From Octopus sinensis (Eukaryota): DNA of 64,000 nucleotides. Location of the stretch: NCBI RefSeq assembly GCF_006345805.1, contig NW_021833445.1, positions 1-64,000 on the forward strand, given 5' to 3'. The translations under genes were made by a program, and so were the position numbers. How positions within the stretch are numbered: the stretch's first letter is position 1; every line of letters starts with the position of its first letter. The notes below the pieces were generated by a model that was not told the DNA's origin, made no database searches, and saw only the letters and a list, made by a program, of their open reading frames with translations. Positions 45,701 to 55,350 of this stretch are shown here, piece by piece.

Positions 45701-48173
45701 ACCTACCACCCCCTGCCGGAGCCTCGTAGAGCTTTAGGTGTTTTCGCTCAATAAACACTCACAACGCCCGGTCTGGGAATCGAAACCGCGATCCTACGAC
45801 CGCGAGTCCGCTGGGCCATTGCGCCTCCACGCACACATATATACATATATAAATATTGAACAATGAGAATGTTTGCTCAACACCACAATGGTGGCTAAAG
45901 GTCCTTTAGATGTGTATTAAGGCTACCATTGGTTTCATGCTAAGGAGTCACTTAACAATTATCAACTCGGTCACACGGAACATGAGTATTCGTCTCTATT
46001 TTGGATTAATATACCTCATTATCTCCAAACTTCTTCACATATAAATCCCCAATTATATTTGTGCCATTCATTTATTTTCCCATTAATCTTTGGTTTCAAC
46101 AGGAATCCGGATTATCTACTGTAATCAGTGATAACCTCATGGGTCTTTCATCGATGACCCCATGGGTGATGGCTTTGATCCTCGGCTTCATCGTTGCCAT
46201 GATGACAGAAATTACCAGCAACACCGCAACCGCCACCATCTTGATGCCAATTATGGCGGAATTGGTAAGTTAACGAACCATTTTGATTTTATTGTTCATT
46301 TGGACAGTGGCCATGCTGGAGCATTCCATTTAAGGACATTTGTTGACTGTATGGCCCCCGCCGCCAACATCGTTCCTGTTTGTCATACCATTTCTCCTAG
46401 TACTTGTTTCACTGCAGATTTTCTTTTATCGATTTCTGTTTGTCGAACTGCTAAGTTAGTTACTGGGCTTAACCTTTTAGCATTCGGATTTCTCTGTCAA
46501 TTGTAATATTTACTCTTTTACTCTTTTACTTGTCTCAGTCGTTTGACTGTGGCCATGCTGGAGCATCGCCTTTAGTCGAGCAAATAGAACCCCAGGACTT
46601 ATTTTTTGTAAGCCTAGTACTTATTCTATCGGTCTCTTTTTGCCGAACCACTAAGTTATGGGGACGCAAACACACCAGCATCGGTTATCAAGCAATGCTA
46701 GGGGGAAGGGCATCTCGTTGTAGAAACACTGCCAGATCAAGATTGGAGCCTGGTGCAGCACCCTGGCTTCCCAGACCCCGGTCAAACCTATTTCTTTATT
46801 ACCCACAAGGGGCTAAACACAGAGGGGACAAACAAGGACAGACATAGGTATTAAGTCAATTACATCGACCCCAGTGCATAACTAGTACTTAAGTTATCGA
46901 CCCCGAAAGGATGAAAGGCAAAGTTGACCTCGGCGGAATTTGAACTCAGACCGTAACGACTGACGAAATACTGCTAAGCATTTCGCCCGGCGTAGTAACG
47001 TTTCTGCCAGCTCGCCGCCTTGACCCCGGTCAAACCATCCAACCCATGCTAGCATGGAAAGTGGACGTTAAACGATGATGGTGATGATGATCTCCTAAGA
47101 ATACCCTCTCCATCATTTTACCCAATCTTTATTTAACAAACAATAATTTATGGTGATTTCCTACCAATGCAGGCCATCTCTATTAGAATGAACCCACTCT
47201 ACCTGATGTTCACAGCCACCTTGGCATGTTCCTACGCATTCATGTTACCTGTGGCCACACCGCCTAATGCAATTGTATTCGCTACAGGACACCTGAAAGT
47301 TACAGACATGGTGAGTATCATAATCTTTTTTTTTCTACTCTAGGCACAAGGCCCGAAATTTAGGGGGCGGTGGGGTGGGCAGTCGATTAGACCGACCCCA
47401 GTATGCAACTGGTACTTAATTTATCGACCCCGAAAGGATGAAAGGCAAAGTCGACCTCGGCGGAATTTGAACTCAGAATGTAAAGACAGACGAAATACCG
47501 CGAGGCATTTTGTCCGGTCTCTTTTGCTAAATTACGGGGACATAAACACACCAGCATCGGCTGTCAAGCGATGTTCGGGGGGACAAAGACAGACACACAA
47601 ACACGCACACGCATACACACACACACACACACACACACACCACACACACACACACACACATATATATATACACACATATATACGACGGGCTTCTTTCAGT
47701 TTCTTTCAGTTTCCGTCTACCAAATCCACTCACAAGGCTTTGGTCGGCCCGAGGCTATAGTAGAAGACACTTGCCCAAGGTGCCACGCAGTGGGACTGAA
47801 CCCGGAACCATGTGGTTGGTAAGCAAGCTACTTACCACACAGCCACTCCTGCACCTAGGGAAGTTTAAATTTAGATCCCTTTAAAAACAGGAAGTTTATC
47901 TCATAGAATCAGAAGCTGTTTTGAGTGGTTTGATATAAAAAGGGTTTAAAAAGGAACACCTAATATAATAACGATCCCTGTCACAAAACCCTTATTAATA
48001 TAATCTCACGTTTTTGCCCCTTTTTCCAGGTGTCTGCTGGTTTCTTGATAAACATCGTCTGTGTCCTGACTCTGACCATGGCATTGCATACCTGGGGTGA
48101 GGCGATGTTCCATTTCACTGAGATACCAAGTGCCTTCCTGGCGAATTCCACGGCCATTCCGGTGACCTCGTAG
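28403..48173 (+). CDS. SLC13: SLC13/DASS-family sodium-dependent di/tricarboxylate transporter (NaDC/NaCT/INDY-like), 14 coding exons, 617 aa; exact vertebrate orthologue unresolved
   Basis: Exons 28403-28510, 29248-29397, 30201-30316, 32442-32575, 35248-35461, 38114-38266, 39791-39919, 41067-41165, 41837-41941, 43262-43347, 44395-44510, 46103-46264, 47173-47310, 48030-48173. They sum to 1854 nt, open throughout, with GT-AG at every intron. Family motifs: [85 protein letters not shown] is in ACCATGG context with an in-frame upstream TAA at 28385. Confidence 0.96.
28818..29195 (+). mobile_element. Family A SINE in SLC13 intron 1
   Basis: Head-truncated copy following a family C-like head at 28690-28815. 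Confidence 0.86.
29248..29397 (+). CDS. SLC13: SLC13 coding exon 2 ([50 protein letters not shown])
   Basis: CAG acceptor 29245-29247, donor GTGAGT 29398, phase 0/0. Confidence 0.96.
29520..30115. repeat. (CAC)n-type microsatellite, SLC13 intron 2
   Basis: Direct reading. Confidence 0.95.
30201..30316 (+). CDS. SLC13: SLC13 coding exon 3 ([38 protein letters not shown])
   Basis: CAG acceptor at 30200, donor GTAAGC 30317, phase 0/2. Confidence 0.96.
31085..32345 (+). repeat. Second array of the same 126-bp satellite (~10 copies) in SLC13 intron 3
   Basis: Same monomer with a diagnostic CCAGACAGACCCATG variant; decays toward exon 4. Confidence 0.95.
32442..32575 (+). CDS. SLC13: SLC13 coding exon 4 ([44 protein letters not shown]), first SNT motif
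   Basis: TAG acceptor at 32441, donor GTGAGT 32576, phase 2/1. Confidence 0.96.
32690..33238. repeat. (TATC)n/(TGTC)n microsatellite, SLC13 intron 4
   Basis: Direct reading. Confidence 0.95.
33239..33474 (-). mobile_element. 556-bp element, left-end portion in reverse orientation
   Basis: Ends GTACTGCATCAGGGCAT(TTA)n = reverse complement of the left end. Confidence 0.8.
33520..33876 (-). mobile_element. R4/Dong-type 3' fragment, same subfamily as 20727-21310, in SLC13 intron 4
   Basis: Reverse complement of ~20965-21310; (TTA)n flanks on +. Confidence 0.85.
33922..34826 (-). mobile_element. Longest R4/Dong-type fragment: post-RT region, CCHC zinc knuckle and RLE, one frameshift
   Basis: [11 protein letters not shown]...[28 protein letters not shown]; [18 protein letters not shown]; [22 protein letters not shown]...LIDV; (TTA)n flanks. 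Confidence 0.9.
34830..35190. repeat. (TTA)n degenerate microsatellite upstream of exon 5
   Basis: Direct reading. Confidence 0.95.
35248..35461 (+). CDS. SLC13: SLC13 coding exon 5, variable Thr-rich loop ([14 protein letters not shown]...[21 protein letters not shown])
   Basis: TAG acceptor 35247, donor GTAAGG 35462; phase 1/2 bridges exons 4 and 6 exactly; low sequence conservation as expected for this loop. Confidence 0.85.
35690..36104 (-). mobile_element. Family A SINE in SLC13 intron 5
   Basis: Reverse-complement full copy. Confidence 0.9.
36668..37075 (+). mobile_element. Family A SINE in SLC13 intron 5
   Basis: Full copy. Confidence 0.9.
37399..37997 (+). mobile_element. Family E tRNA-derived SINE with triplicated 184-bp 3' module
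   Basis: Head GGTGAGCTGGCAGAA...GAGTTCAAATTCC; module starts at 37470, 37654, 37838; contains GCCTTTCATCCTTTCGGGGTCGATAAATTAAGTACCAG. Confidence 0.88.
38114..38266 (+). CDS. SLC13: SLC13 coding exon 6 ([50 protein letters not shown])
   Basis: CAG acceptor 38113, donor GTAAGT 38267, phase 2/2. Confidence 0.96.
38941..39096. repeat. 52-bp minisatellite x3
   Basis: AGCGCTGCTTCTGATTGGTC... at 38941, 38993, 39045. Confidence 0.9.
39208..39317. repeat. ~48-bp-arm hairpin in SLC13 intron 6
   Basis: CCCTATGGATACCG...GTATCTAA loop TTAGATAC...CGGTATCCATAGGG. Confidence 0.88.
39357..39689 (+). mobile_element. Family C SINE, full-length with 13-bp target-site duplication
   Basis: ATCCATGCGTAAG at 39344-39356 and 39690-39702; T-run 3' end. 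Confidence 0.92.
39791..39919 (+). CDS. SLC13: SLC13 coding exon 7 ([42 protein letters not shown])
   Basis: CAG acceptor 39790, donor GTAAGT 39920, phase 2/2. Confidence 0.95.
39944..40740 (+). mobile_element. Family D non-autonomous retroposon with internal ~138-bp tandem units and (GAT)n tail, SLC13 intron 7
   Basis: Ends ...GGTTGGCGTTAGGAAGGGCATC...CCAACCCATGCTAGCATGGAAAGCAGACATTAAAC(GAT)n; other pieces at 5-640(-), 4217-4506, 25360-25700(-), 42790-43045(-), 44575-44700, 46705-47090, 50045-50190(-). Confidence 0.82.
41067..41165 (+). CDS. SLC13: SLC13 coding exon 8 ([32 protein letters not shown])
   Basis: CAG acceptor 41066, donor GTATGT 41166, phase 2/2. Confidence 0.9.
41837..41941 (+). 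CDS. SLC13: SLC13 coding exon 9 ([34 protein letters not shown])
   Basis: CAG acceptor 41836, donor GTAAGG 41942, phase 2/2. Confidence 0.95.
42118..43225 (+). mobile_element. Family F element split by nested insertions (head 42118-42195, hammerhead body 43048-43225) in SLC13 intron 9
   Basis: Head GGGCATGTGGCGTAGTGATTAAG...GAGTTCGATTCC; body with hammerhead 43103-43148 (GUU mutated to AUU); 556-bp element and family D fragment inserted in the internal (TAA)n. Confidence 0.78.
42228..42760 (+). mobile_element. 556-bp element nested in family F (TAA)n tract
   Basis: Matches 58371-58926. Confidence 0.85.
43262..43347 (+). CDS. SLC13: SLC13 coding exon 10 ([28 protein letters not shown])
   Basis: CAG acceptor 43261, donor GTATTG 43348, phase 2/1. 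Confidence 0.94.
43420..43830. repeat. Polypurine tract with ~26-bp GAGAGACAGAATGAGAGGGAGG minisatellite, SLC13 intron 10
   Basis: Direct reading. Confidence 0.9.
43850..44345 (+). mobile_element. Family A SINE(s) in SLC13 intron 10 (tail fragment plus near-full copy)
   Basis: Tail AAAAGAGTAAAATTATAAACTGTA occurs twice. Confidence 0.85.
44395..44510 (+). CDS. SLC13: SLC13 coding exon 11 ([38 protein letters not shown])
   Basis: CAG acceptor 44394, donor GTAAGT 44511, phase 1/0. Confidence 0.95.
44701..45086 (+). mobile_element. Family B SINE in SLC13 intron 11
   Basis: Full copy. Confidence 0.9.
45462..45830 (-). mobile_element. Family B SINE in SLC13 intron 11, inverted relative to 44701-45086
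   Basis: Reverse-complement near-full copy. Confidence 0.9.
46103..46264 (+). CDS. SLC13: SLC13 coding exon 12 ([54 protein letters not shown]), second SNT motif
   Basis: CAG acceptor 46102, donor GTAAGT 46265, phase 0/0. Confidence 0.96.
46789..47021 (-). mobile_element. Family E SINE monomer inserted into a family D element with 15-bp TSD
   Basis: GACCCCGGTCAAACC at 46774-46788 and 47022-47036. Confidence 0.9.
47173..47310 (+). CDS. SLC13: SLC13 coding exon 13 ([46 protein letters not shown])
   Basis: CAG acceptor 47172, donor GTGAGT 47311, phase 0/0. Confidence 0.96.
47520..47852 (-). mobile_element. Family A SINE in SLC13 intron 13
   Basis: Reverse-complement copy lacking the distal tail. 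Confidence 0.85.
48030..48173 (+). CDS. SLC13: SLC13 coding exon 14 with stop ([47 protein letters not shown])
   Basis: Polypyrimidine+CAG acceptor 48029; TAG at 48171-48173. Confidence 0.95.
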   Translation: MSAGFLINIVCVLTLTMALHTWGEAMFHFTEIPSAFLANSTAIPVTS

Positions 48174-49037
48174 CAGACCGTGACTCTTGGAATTGTCTGC
48201 TTTTAGAAGTTTATTCTGAGACTGTGTCAAGATGAGGATTTCGAGGACAGATGAACATTTATTTCACAGGGGTTTCTGGCAAACCTCGCATTTGGTCAAG
48301 CGCTGGTTGTGTGTGTGTGGTGTGTGTGTGTGTGTGTGTGCGTGTGTGAGTGTTTCTGGGTGTGAATAAGTGTTGTGCGTGTATGTGTGTGGGTGTGCCT
48401 ATGAGTGTGTGCTTCTGGGTGTGAATAAGTGTGTATGTGTGTGTGTTTATGGGTGTGAATAAGTGTTGTGTGTGTGTCTATGAGTGTGTGTTTCTGGGTG
48501 TGAATATGCGTGTGTGTGTATGTGTGTGTGTCTTTCTGGGTGTGAGTTAGTGGTGTGTGTGTGTGTGTGCACCTATATATATATATATATATATACATAC
48601 ACACATATACATACATATATATATATATATAAATACATATCAATCCAAGAATATATATATATATATATATGTATACATATGCACACACTCATACACATAC
48701 ACACACATGCATGCATACATACACATACATACAATACGTAAATACATATACATACATAAACATATATATAAATCCCCCCTCCCCCCACTCCTCATGCTCT
48801 CTTTTCTTCTACCTCTCTCTTATTCGTTATTCCTCCCCTTCCTTTCCATCTCCTATAAAAAAAAACGATCTTTATCTGACTTTCCAAATATGGTCATATC
48901 ATTTTATACACCTTTTTTTTTATATATGTTAACACTTTATATATATATATTTTCTACAAGCTATATATTTTGTTTTCTATCATTTTCTTTAAATTTTATA
49001 AATTTTTGTTGTTATACCTGATGTCTATAAATGTTTC

Positions 49038-49763
49038 TTAACCCTTTTGATACCAACCTGGTTGAAACCACTTCTGGCTCTGTAGTACAAATGTCTTGTT
49101 TTCATAAGTTTTGAATTAAAATCTTCCACCAAACCTTAGTCACAATTGATGTTCCTAACACTAGCTTAATGATAACCAAGTTATTTTACTAAATTCTTTG
49201 TTATATTAAAATGATTGAAAGAAACACAGAGCATCTCAACAGAAGAAAATATATAAAATGGTATAGAGAAACAATTCTTAACCCTTTTGATACCAACCTG
49301 GCTGAAACCACCTCTGGCTCTGTAGTACAAATGTCTTGTTTTCATAAGTTCTGAATTAAAATCTTCCACCAAACCTTAGTCACAATTTATGTTCCTAACA
49401 CTAGCTTAATGATAACTAAGTTATTTTACTAAATTCTTTGTTATATTTAAAATTAATTGAAAGAAACACAGAGCATCTCAACAGAAATATGGTAACAAAA
49501 GGGTTAAGATATATAATAGAGAAACAATTCTTAACCCTTTTGATACCAACCTGGTTGAAACCACCTCTGGCTCTGTTGTACAAATGTCTTGTTTCTATAA
49601 GTTTTGAATTAAAATCTTCCACCAAACCTTAGTCACAATTTATGTTCGTAACACTAGCTGAATGATAACTAAGTTAATTTACTAAATTCTTTGTTATATT
49701 TAAAATTAATTGAAAGAAACACAGAGCATCTCAACAGAAGAACTATGGTAAAAAAAAGGTTAA
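49038..49763. mobile_element. Three tandem copies of a ~222-bp piggyBac-type MITE
   Basis: TTAA|CCCTTTTGATACCA ... TGGTAACAAAAGGG|TTAA (intact copy 49282-49503); units start at 49038, 49278, 49531. Confidence 0.8.
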
Positions 49764-50531
49764 GCTGAGAGAGGAATGGGGTGTGGTATTTGCAGAGGGA
49801 GGTGTAGAGGGAGAAGGATCGTATTTTTGTGGTCAATGGAAAGAAAAATGTATGCTTCAAGAATTGGTATTGGTAGTAAAATTTAGAAACTTGGAAAGAA
49901 GGGGAATAGTAGTAATGGCTAAAACCAAAGAATTAACCTTTTGATACCAAGGTTGTTCAGAAATATATATAAATATTTTACATATATATATATATATATA
50001 TATTATATTATATATATAATATATATATATTGTGTGTGTGGTGTGTCATCATCATCATCATCGTTTAACATCCGCTTTTCATGCTAGCATGGGTTGGACG
50101 ATTTGACTGAGTACTGGCAAACCAGATGGCTGCACCAGGCTCCAATCTGATCTGGCAGAGTTTCTACAGCTGGATGCCCTTCCTAACGCCGGAAAAAATA
50201 AGTTGAAAAAAGAAGAATTCAAACTTTTTGAAGGGTCCCAAAAGAGAGAAAGAAAGATTTCTAATAAAGATTCATCATATTCATAAAATACAGCCAGAGC
50301 AAGTAATAAGAATATGAAGATAGTAGTTGAAAAATTTCGTTATAGGTATAAATATACCATAAGCAATTATAGAAAAATGGAGGAGAAAAAGATGTTGGAT
50401 CGAAATTATATTTAATACAAAATGGGATGTTTTATGGGACACATTCTTCCAGTGTCCAAAGTTTGAAAGTGTTTAGTTACAAAGAATAGTTTTTTAAATC
50501 TGTCGGTCAAAAGGTAAAGATCCAAATGATA

Positions 50532-50929
50532 TCTTTATATATAAAACTGTAGTTGTGTGAGTGTCTGTCCCCTTCGATTTAGATTCCTAACTACTCCCAC
50601 ATTTTGCGGTGCAGTTTAACCGAAACCGGGTATCTTATAGTCGTGATTCATATCGAGCCCTTCTGGGTATTAGCGCGCGTCTACGATGAGTCTACGACTT
50701 AAAAAATAATTTACCATCGATTTTTTCCATTTTAATGCATATTTTTTAAATATAAGGGAAGTAACTCTCTAAAAATGTCTACGATGAGTCAACGATTTAA
50801 AAAAAAAATTACCATCATTTTTTTTCCATTTTTAATGCATTTTTTTGCTATTTTTTGGCTATAACTCTCTTAAAATGCTTTATAGTTATTTCCCTTACAA
50901 ACCCGAGCAACGCCGGGCGATACTGCTAG
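50532..50929 (+). mobile_element. Non-autonomous Helitron
   Basis: A|TCTTTATATATAAAA 5' end; CCCGAGCAACGCCGGG hairpin + CTAG|T 3' end; internal duplication of GTCTACGATGAGTC...TTACCATC. Confidence 0.85.
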
Positions 50930-51183
50930 TTTTATATAAATAAATTTTACGTTGAAGAAGCTAGGCTGTTAAAAAGGGGGGTGAGTGACGTCGCCTTCTC
51001 ACACCGACACTCTTTAGACCAATACCGAAGGAACGCCATCGGAATGAATGAATGAATGAATAAAATAAATAAAATAAAATAAAATAAAATAAATAAAAAT
51101 CGGTGGGGCACGTGACGCTGTTCGGTTCAGTTTTTTTTATTTTGTTTTTTTTTTTTTGCTTTGGTCAGTTTTGGTCATTTCGA

Positions 51184-51210
51184 TGACGTCATTTTCTTTT
51201 GATGACGTCA
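51184..51210. promoter_or_regulatory. Pair of perfect CRE palindromes (TGACGTCA at 51184-51191 and 51203-51210)
   Basis: Exact motif match; nearby TGACGTCG 50986-50993 and CACGTGACG 51109-51117; function untested. Confidence 0.45.
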
Positions 51211-51320
51211 TCGAAGTGAGAGAGAAAGAGAGTTGTGAAGAGTGAAGAAAAATGTAAATGTGTGTGTGTGTGTATGCATTATATATATAATACATATATA
51301 TACATACATACATACATACA

Positions 51321-51352
<32 letters not shown>

Positions 51353-51365
51353 CATACATATATTT

Positions 51366-51417
<52 letters not shown>

Positions 51418-51550
51418 GTTGTATATATATACATTCATCTATGCAAGCAATATATATGTAGGTATATATATATATATATATTTATACTTACGCATATATT
51501 TGTGTGTGTATATATATATATAAGCATATACGTTTGCATATATGTATATA

Positions 51551-51593
<43 letters not shown>

Positions 51594-51637
51594 TATGTAT
51601 ATATATATATTATATGTATATATATATAATATATATG

Positions 51638-51680
<43 letters not shown>

Positions 51681-52865
51681 CATATGTACCAAGTATTACT
51701 TATTGATGTATGTATATATTGTATGTGTGTGTGTGTGTGTGGTGTGTGTAAAAAGAAAGAGAGAGAAAGGCTCAGAGACGGACATTGGACGCCATACTTG
51801 TTTCTCAATTTTTTTTTCTTCTTGAAAGACATACGACAAAAAAGAAAAGAAAAAGCAACAAAACAAACAAACAACAAAATACATTATAGCACGAAGAAGC
51901 TCTATCGCTTGTGTATGGGAAGTTCGTCTGTAGTGGGGGCCACTTAAAATGTAGCTGAATCACATCACAATAGAATCGGATCTAAAAGACAAAAGAAACA
52001 AAAAACGTAAAGAAAATCGATCCGAAATTATTTCTTGTCGGAAGTTGTTGGTGTATTATCGCTTATTCGTTCACTCGTTCATTGAAAGAGGAAGAATAAA
52101 AAAGAAAGAGAGAGAGAGAGAGATAAAGAAGGTAAAAGCGACAAAGAAGGAAAAAGAAATATCTTTTCTCTCTGTTTAAATATGAGAGACAATTTCTTTA
52201 GCGAAACATCTCCTTGCAATCGTGGATTTAAGGACTTTCCGTATTATCCTGGTTTGAAATGAAAAGGAAAAAAAGGTGTCAAGGAGAAGAATATATTTGA
52301 AGTGAAGAAACAGCGAAGTTTCCAGACGATTTTGTTTGTGTTTGAGGTCCTGGTTTGTTGTTTGGTGGGCTTTTTTTTTCTTCCTCTTATAGGTTTTCTT
52401 TCGTCGTTGGATTGTATTCGAAAATGAGAATTTGATGTGAGAAAGGGATACGGAATGTTTGGATAACTTTGGGAAGAAGAAATATAGAGAAGAAGCAAAA
52501 AAAGAAGAAGCAGAAGAAAGAGAGAGAGAGAGAGAGAAAGAGAATGTTTGGGAAATTGCTTTAAGTCCGAGACAATACGTAAAAGAAAGAAAATTGAATA
52601 AAATTTGAAAGAGAAGTAAAGAAAGGAAATTGAAGCGGGTAAAATTACTGTAATTAAATCTTAACAATTCAGAAAGGAAGGTCGTGAGATCGAAATTAAG
52701 GTTTGATGTGAGGGAGATCTGTTTGGAAAGTTTGAGAAGAAATAAGAGAAGAAAAGTGTAGGCGGATTTGGTTTAAACACGAAAGAAAGAAAGAGAGAAG
52801 AATTGCAGACAGGAAAGAAAGAGATTTCAAGAGAGTTTGTTGTATAAAAGAGGTAATATATATAG

Positions 52866-53342
52866 TTGAAATTTAGAGAAAAAACAAAAGACGAAGACAG
52901 GTGTATCAACAACAAGCAGGTGTATTAGTTTGACGCTCGGGAAAGGGAGAAAGTCTTTTTACGTTTCGAGCCGACGCTCTTCAACAGGAAGGAATAAGCG
53001 AAAATAAACAGAGAGAGAATTTTAAAAGAAGACCTTGTGGATTTAGCATTCTAGAGCTGAGAAAGGAAGAGACGTGAGATCGAATTCAAGGTTCAGACGA
53101 TTTGAAATTTACAGAAAAACCAAAAGACGAAGACAGGTGTATCAACAAGAAGCAGGTGTATTATTTTGACGCTCGGGAAAGGGAGAAAGTCTTTTTACGT
53201 TTCGAGCCGACGCTCTTCAACAGGAAGGAACAAGCGAAAATAAACAGAGAGAGAATTTTAAAAGAAGACCTTGTGGATTTAGCATTCTAGAGCTGAGCTG
53301 AGAAAGGAAGAGACGTGAGATCGAATTCAAGGTTCAGACGAT
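52866..53342 (-). mobile_element. Tandem dimer (236-bp period) of family G repeat, each unit with a variant hammerhead (52955-52992, 53191-53228)
   Basis: Direct repeat starting TTGAAATTT at 52866 and 53102; minus strand CTGTTGA A GAGC-gtcg-GCTC GAAAC GTA. Confidence 0.65.
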
Positions 53343-53520
53343 AAATAAAACCTACCGGAAGTGGAAAGTGCAAGACCAGAAGAATTAAAAGCTGAACAAG
53401 ACTGAACAAAACCCAGAGAAAAAGGAAATTGAATATACAGCACCAGATTGGGGCAAAGGAAGACGATTGTACCACACCAGACCGGGGAAGTAAGATACAT
53501 ATATATATATATTTTTAAAC

Positions 53521-54141
53521 ATGCCGATATTAAGCAGCCCGGAGTATGATCTTTTCGCGTTTTTCTTCTGCCTATATTTATTTTATCAGTTGTTCATGAT
53601 GACGGATGGTGAGGGGAATGGCCCCGTGAACCTGATAAACCACGTTTATCCGAACATGTCTGAACAAGACAAAATTAAGCGGAAGACCAAACAGAACGGT
53701 AGCAAAACTGGGGAAGATGAGGACGATTACACGAACAAGGAGCTGTTTGATATGCTTAAGGATCTGATAAAACCGAAGTCGGGTGAAGCAATGCTTCGAG
53801 ATACGCAAGGGAGTCTGGAAACCATTACAGAAACTGACCAACAAACCCAGCAAGAAAGTCAGCAACAGCTTCGACGGAAAAGCCGGCCAAGTCAGGTGTC
53901 GGCTCTCACAAAACAAGGGTCACCACTATCTCAGCCCACCTCCCAGCCCACCTTTCAGCCCACCTCCCAGCCCACTTCTCAGCCAACCTCTCAACCAACC
54001 TCCCAGCCCACCTCCCAGCCAGCCTCCCAGCCCGAATCTCCGACAGCGTCCCCGCCCCCACCATCGCTACCAGCAACTCAGACTCTACCGGCACAATCAT
54101 CACCAGAACCGGAACCGGAACCAGAATCCACTAATCAATAA
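53521..54141 (+). CDS. Uncharacterised intronless 206-aa protein: N-terminal hydrophobic anchor, SQPT-repeat / Pro-Glu-rich disordered tail (orphan paralogue A)
   Basis: ORF MPILSSPEYDLFAFFFCLYLFYQLFM...; A at -3; 12-bp repeats encoding SQPT; AATAAA overlapping the stop (54137-54142); N-terminus homologous to the ORF at 63119. Confidence 0.72.
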   Translation: MPILSSPEYDLFAFFFCLYLFYQLFMMTDGEGNGPVNLINHVYPNMSEQDKIKRKTKQNGSKTGEDEDDYTNKELFDMLKDLIKPKSGEAMLRDTQGSLETITETDQQTQQESQQQLRRKSRPSQVSALTKQGSPLSQPTSQPTFQPTSQPTSQPTSQPTSQPTSQPASQPESPTASPPPPSLPATQTLPAQSSPEPEPEPESTNQ

Positions 54142-54764
54142 AAAAAAAGGAGTAATCGCGCTCAGAAGGGAAGCAATAGGAACGACAAATGGAACCAACC
54201 AACGCACCCCACCCCCCAGCACCACCAGCACCACCAGCACCACCACCACCACCACCACCCACCACCAAGAACTGTACCCCACCCCTAACATCTCTTCTCT
54301 TCTCCTCTCTCGATTTCGTTATCTATTGCCCCATGATTGTGCCCCGGGCCAATTCTTTGCTTTCTCGTTTCGATCCGAGGTCTCTTCACTTTGGGTTTGT
54401 TTTCGCCACTTTTGGTGGATTTTATACCGGAAAAAAATTATTCTTATAAATTCGCAGACAAAAGAAGAAAAACAAAAACGAAGACTGTTGTTGTGTTTTT
54501 CTTTTCATTTTTTCTTTTATTATTTTTTTTTTAATATGTAGGTCTAGCACTATAACCCGGCGTTGTCGGGTCTAGTCAAGCATATTTGGTCTTTCATGAA
54601 AATCCCTCTCTCTTGTCATTCACTCGGTCTGACTCGTTAATTATCCCCTGCAGTTCTCAAATCAAAAAAGCTTGCGCGTTTGGTGTGATACATAACAAAG
54701 GGAGGGAAATGCAGAGTTTTAAAGAGTTATTTCCCTTGCTATGGTTTAATATCTTCTATCTATC

Positions 54765-54766
54765 TG

Positions 54767-54820
<54 letters not shown>

Positions 54821-54842
54821 GAGACAGATCAATCGATCGATT

Positions 54843-54896
<54 letters not shown>

Positions 54897-54919
54897 CAGG
54901 TAGATAGATCGATAGATAG

Positions 54920-54997
<78 letters not shown>

Positions 54998-55057
54998 GTA
55001 GGTAGATAGATTAGATAGATAGATAGATAGATAGACAGATCGATCGATCGATCGATT

Positions 55058-55104
<47 letters not shown>

Positions 55105-55165
55105 GGATGGATAGATAATTAGATAGATAGATAGATAGATAGACAGATCGATCGATCGATCGATT

Positions 55166-55216
<51 letters not shown>

Positions 55217-55233
55217 GGATATGATAATTAGAT

Positions 55234-55275
<42 letters not shown>

Positions 55276-55350
55276 GGACAGATAGATAGGTAGATAGATA
55301 GAAAGAGAGACAGATCGATAGATAGACAGATAGATAGATAGATAGATATG
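54765..55350. repeat. (GATA)n microsatellite
   Basis: Direct reading. Confidence 0.95.

Noticed and set aside
52182-53493. Degenerate K/E/R-rich upstream ORF or viral-like gene preceding ORF A
   Set aside because: Many stops, a 236-bp non-triplet duplication, and the duplicated unit matches the dispersed family G repeat at 5784-5960.
53490-53589. Possible 100-bp intron (GTAAGA...TATCAG) removing the ORF A N-terminus
   Set aside because: The joined phases give an immediate stop in the upstream reading I traced, ORF B lacks the AG, and the segment shows protein-level conservation.
53783-54541. 252-aa and 86-aa (54189-54449) ORFs overlapping or following ORF A
   Set aside because: Alternative frames of low-complexity sequence with no recognisable motif; cannot be supported without transcript data.
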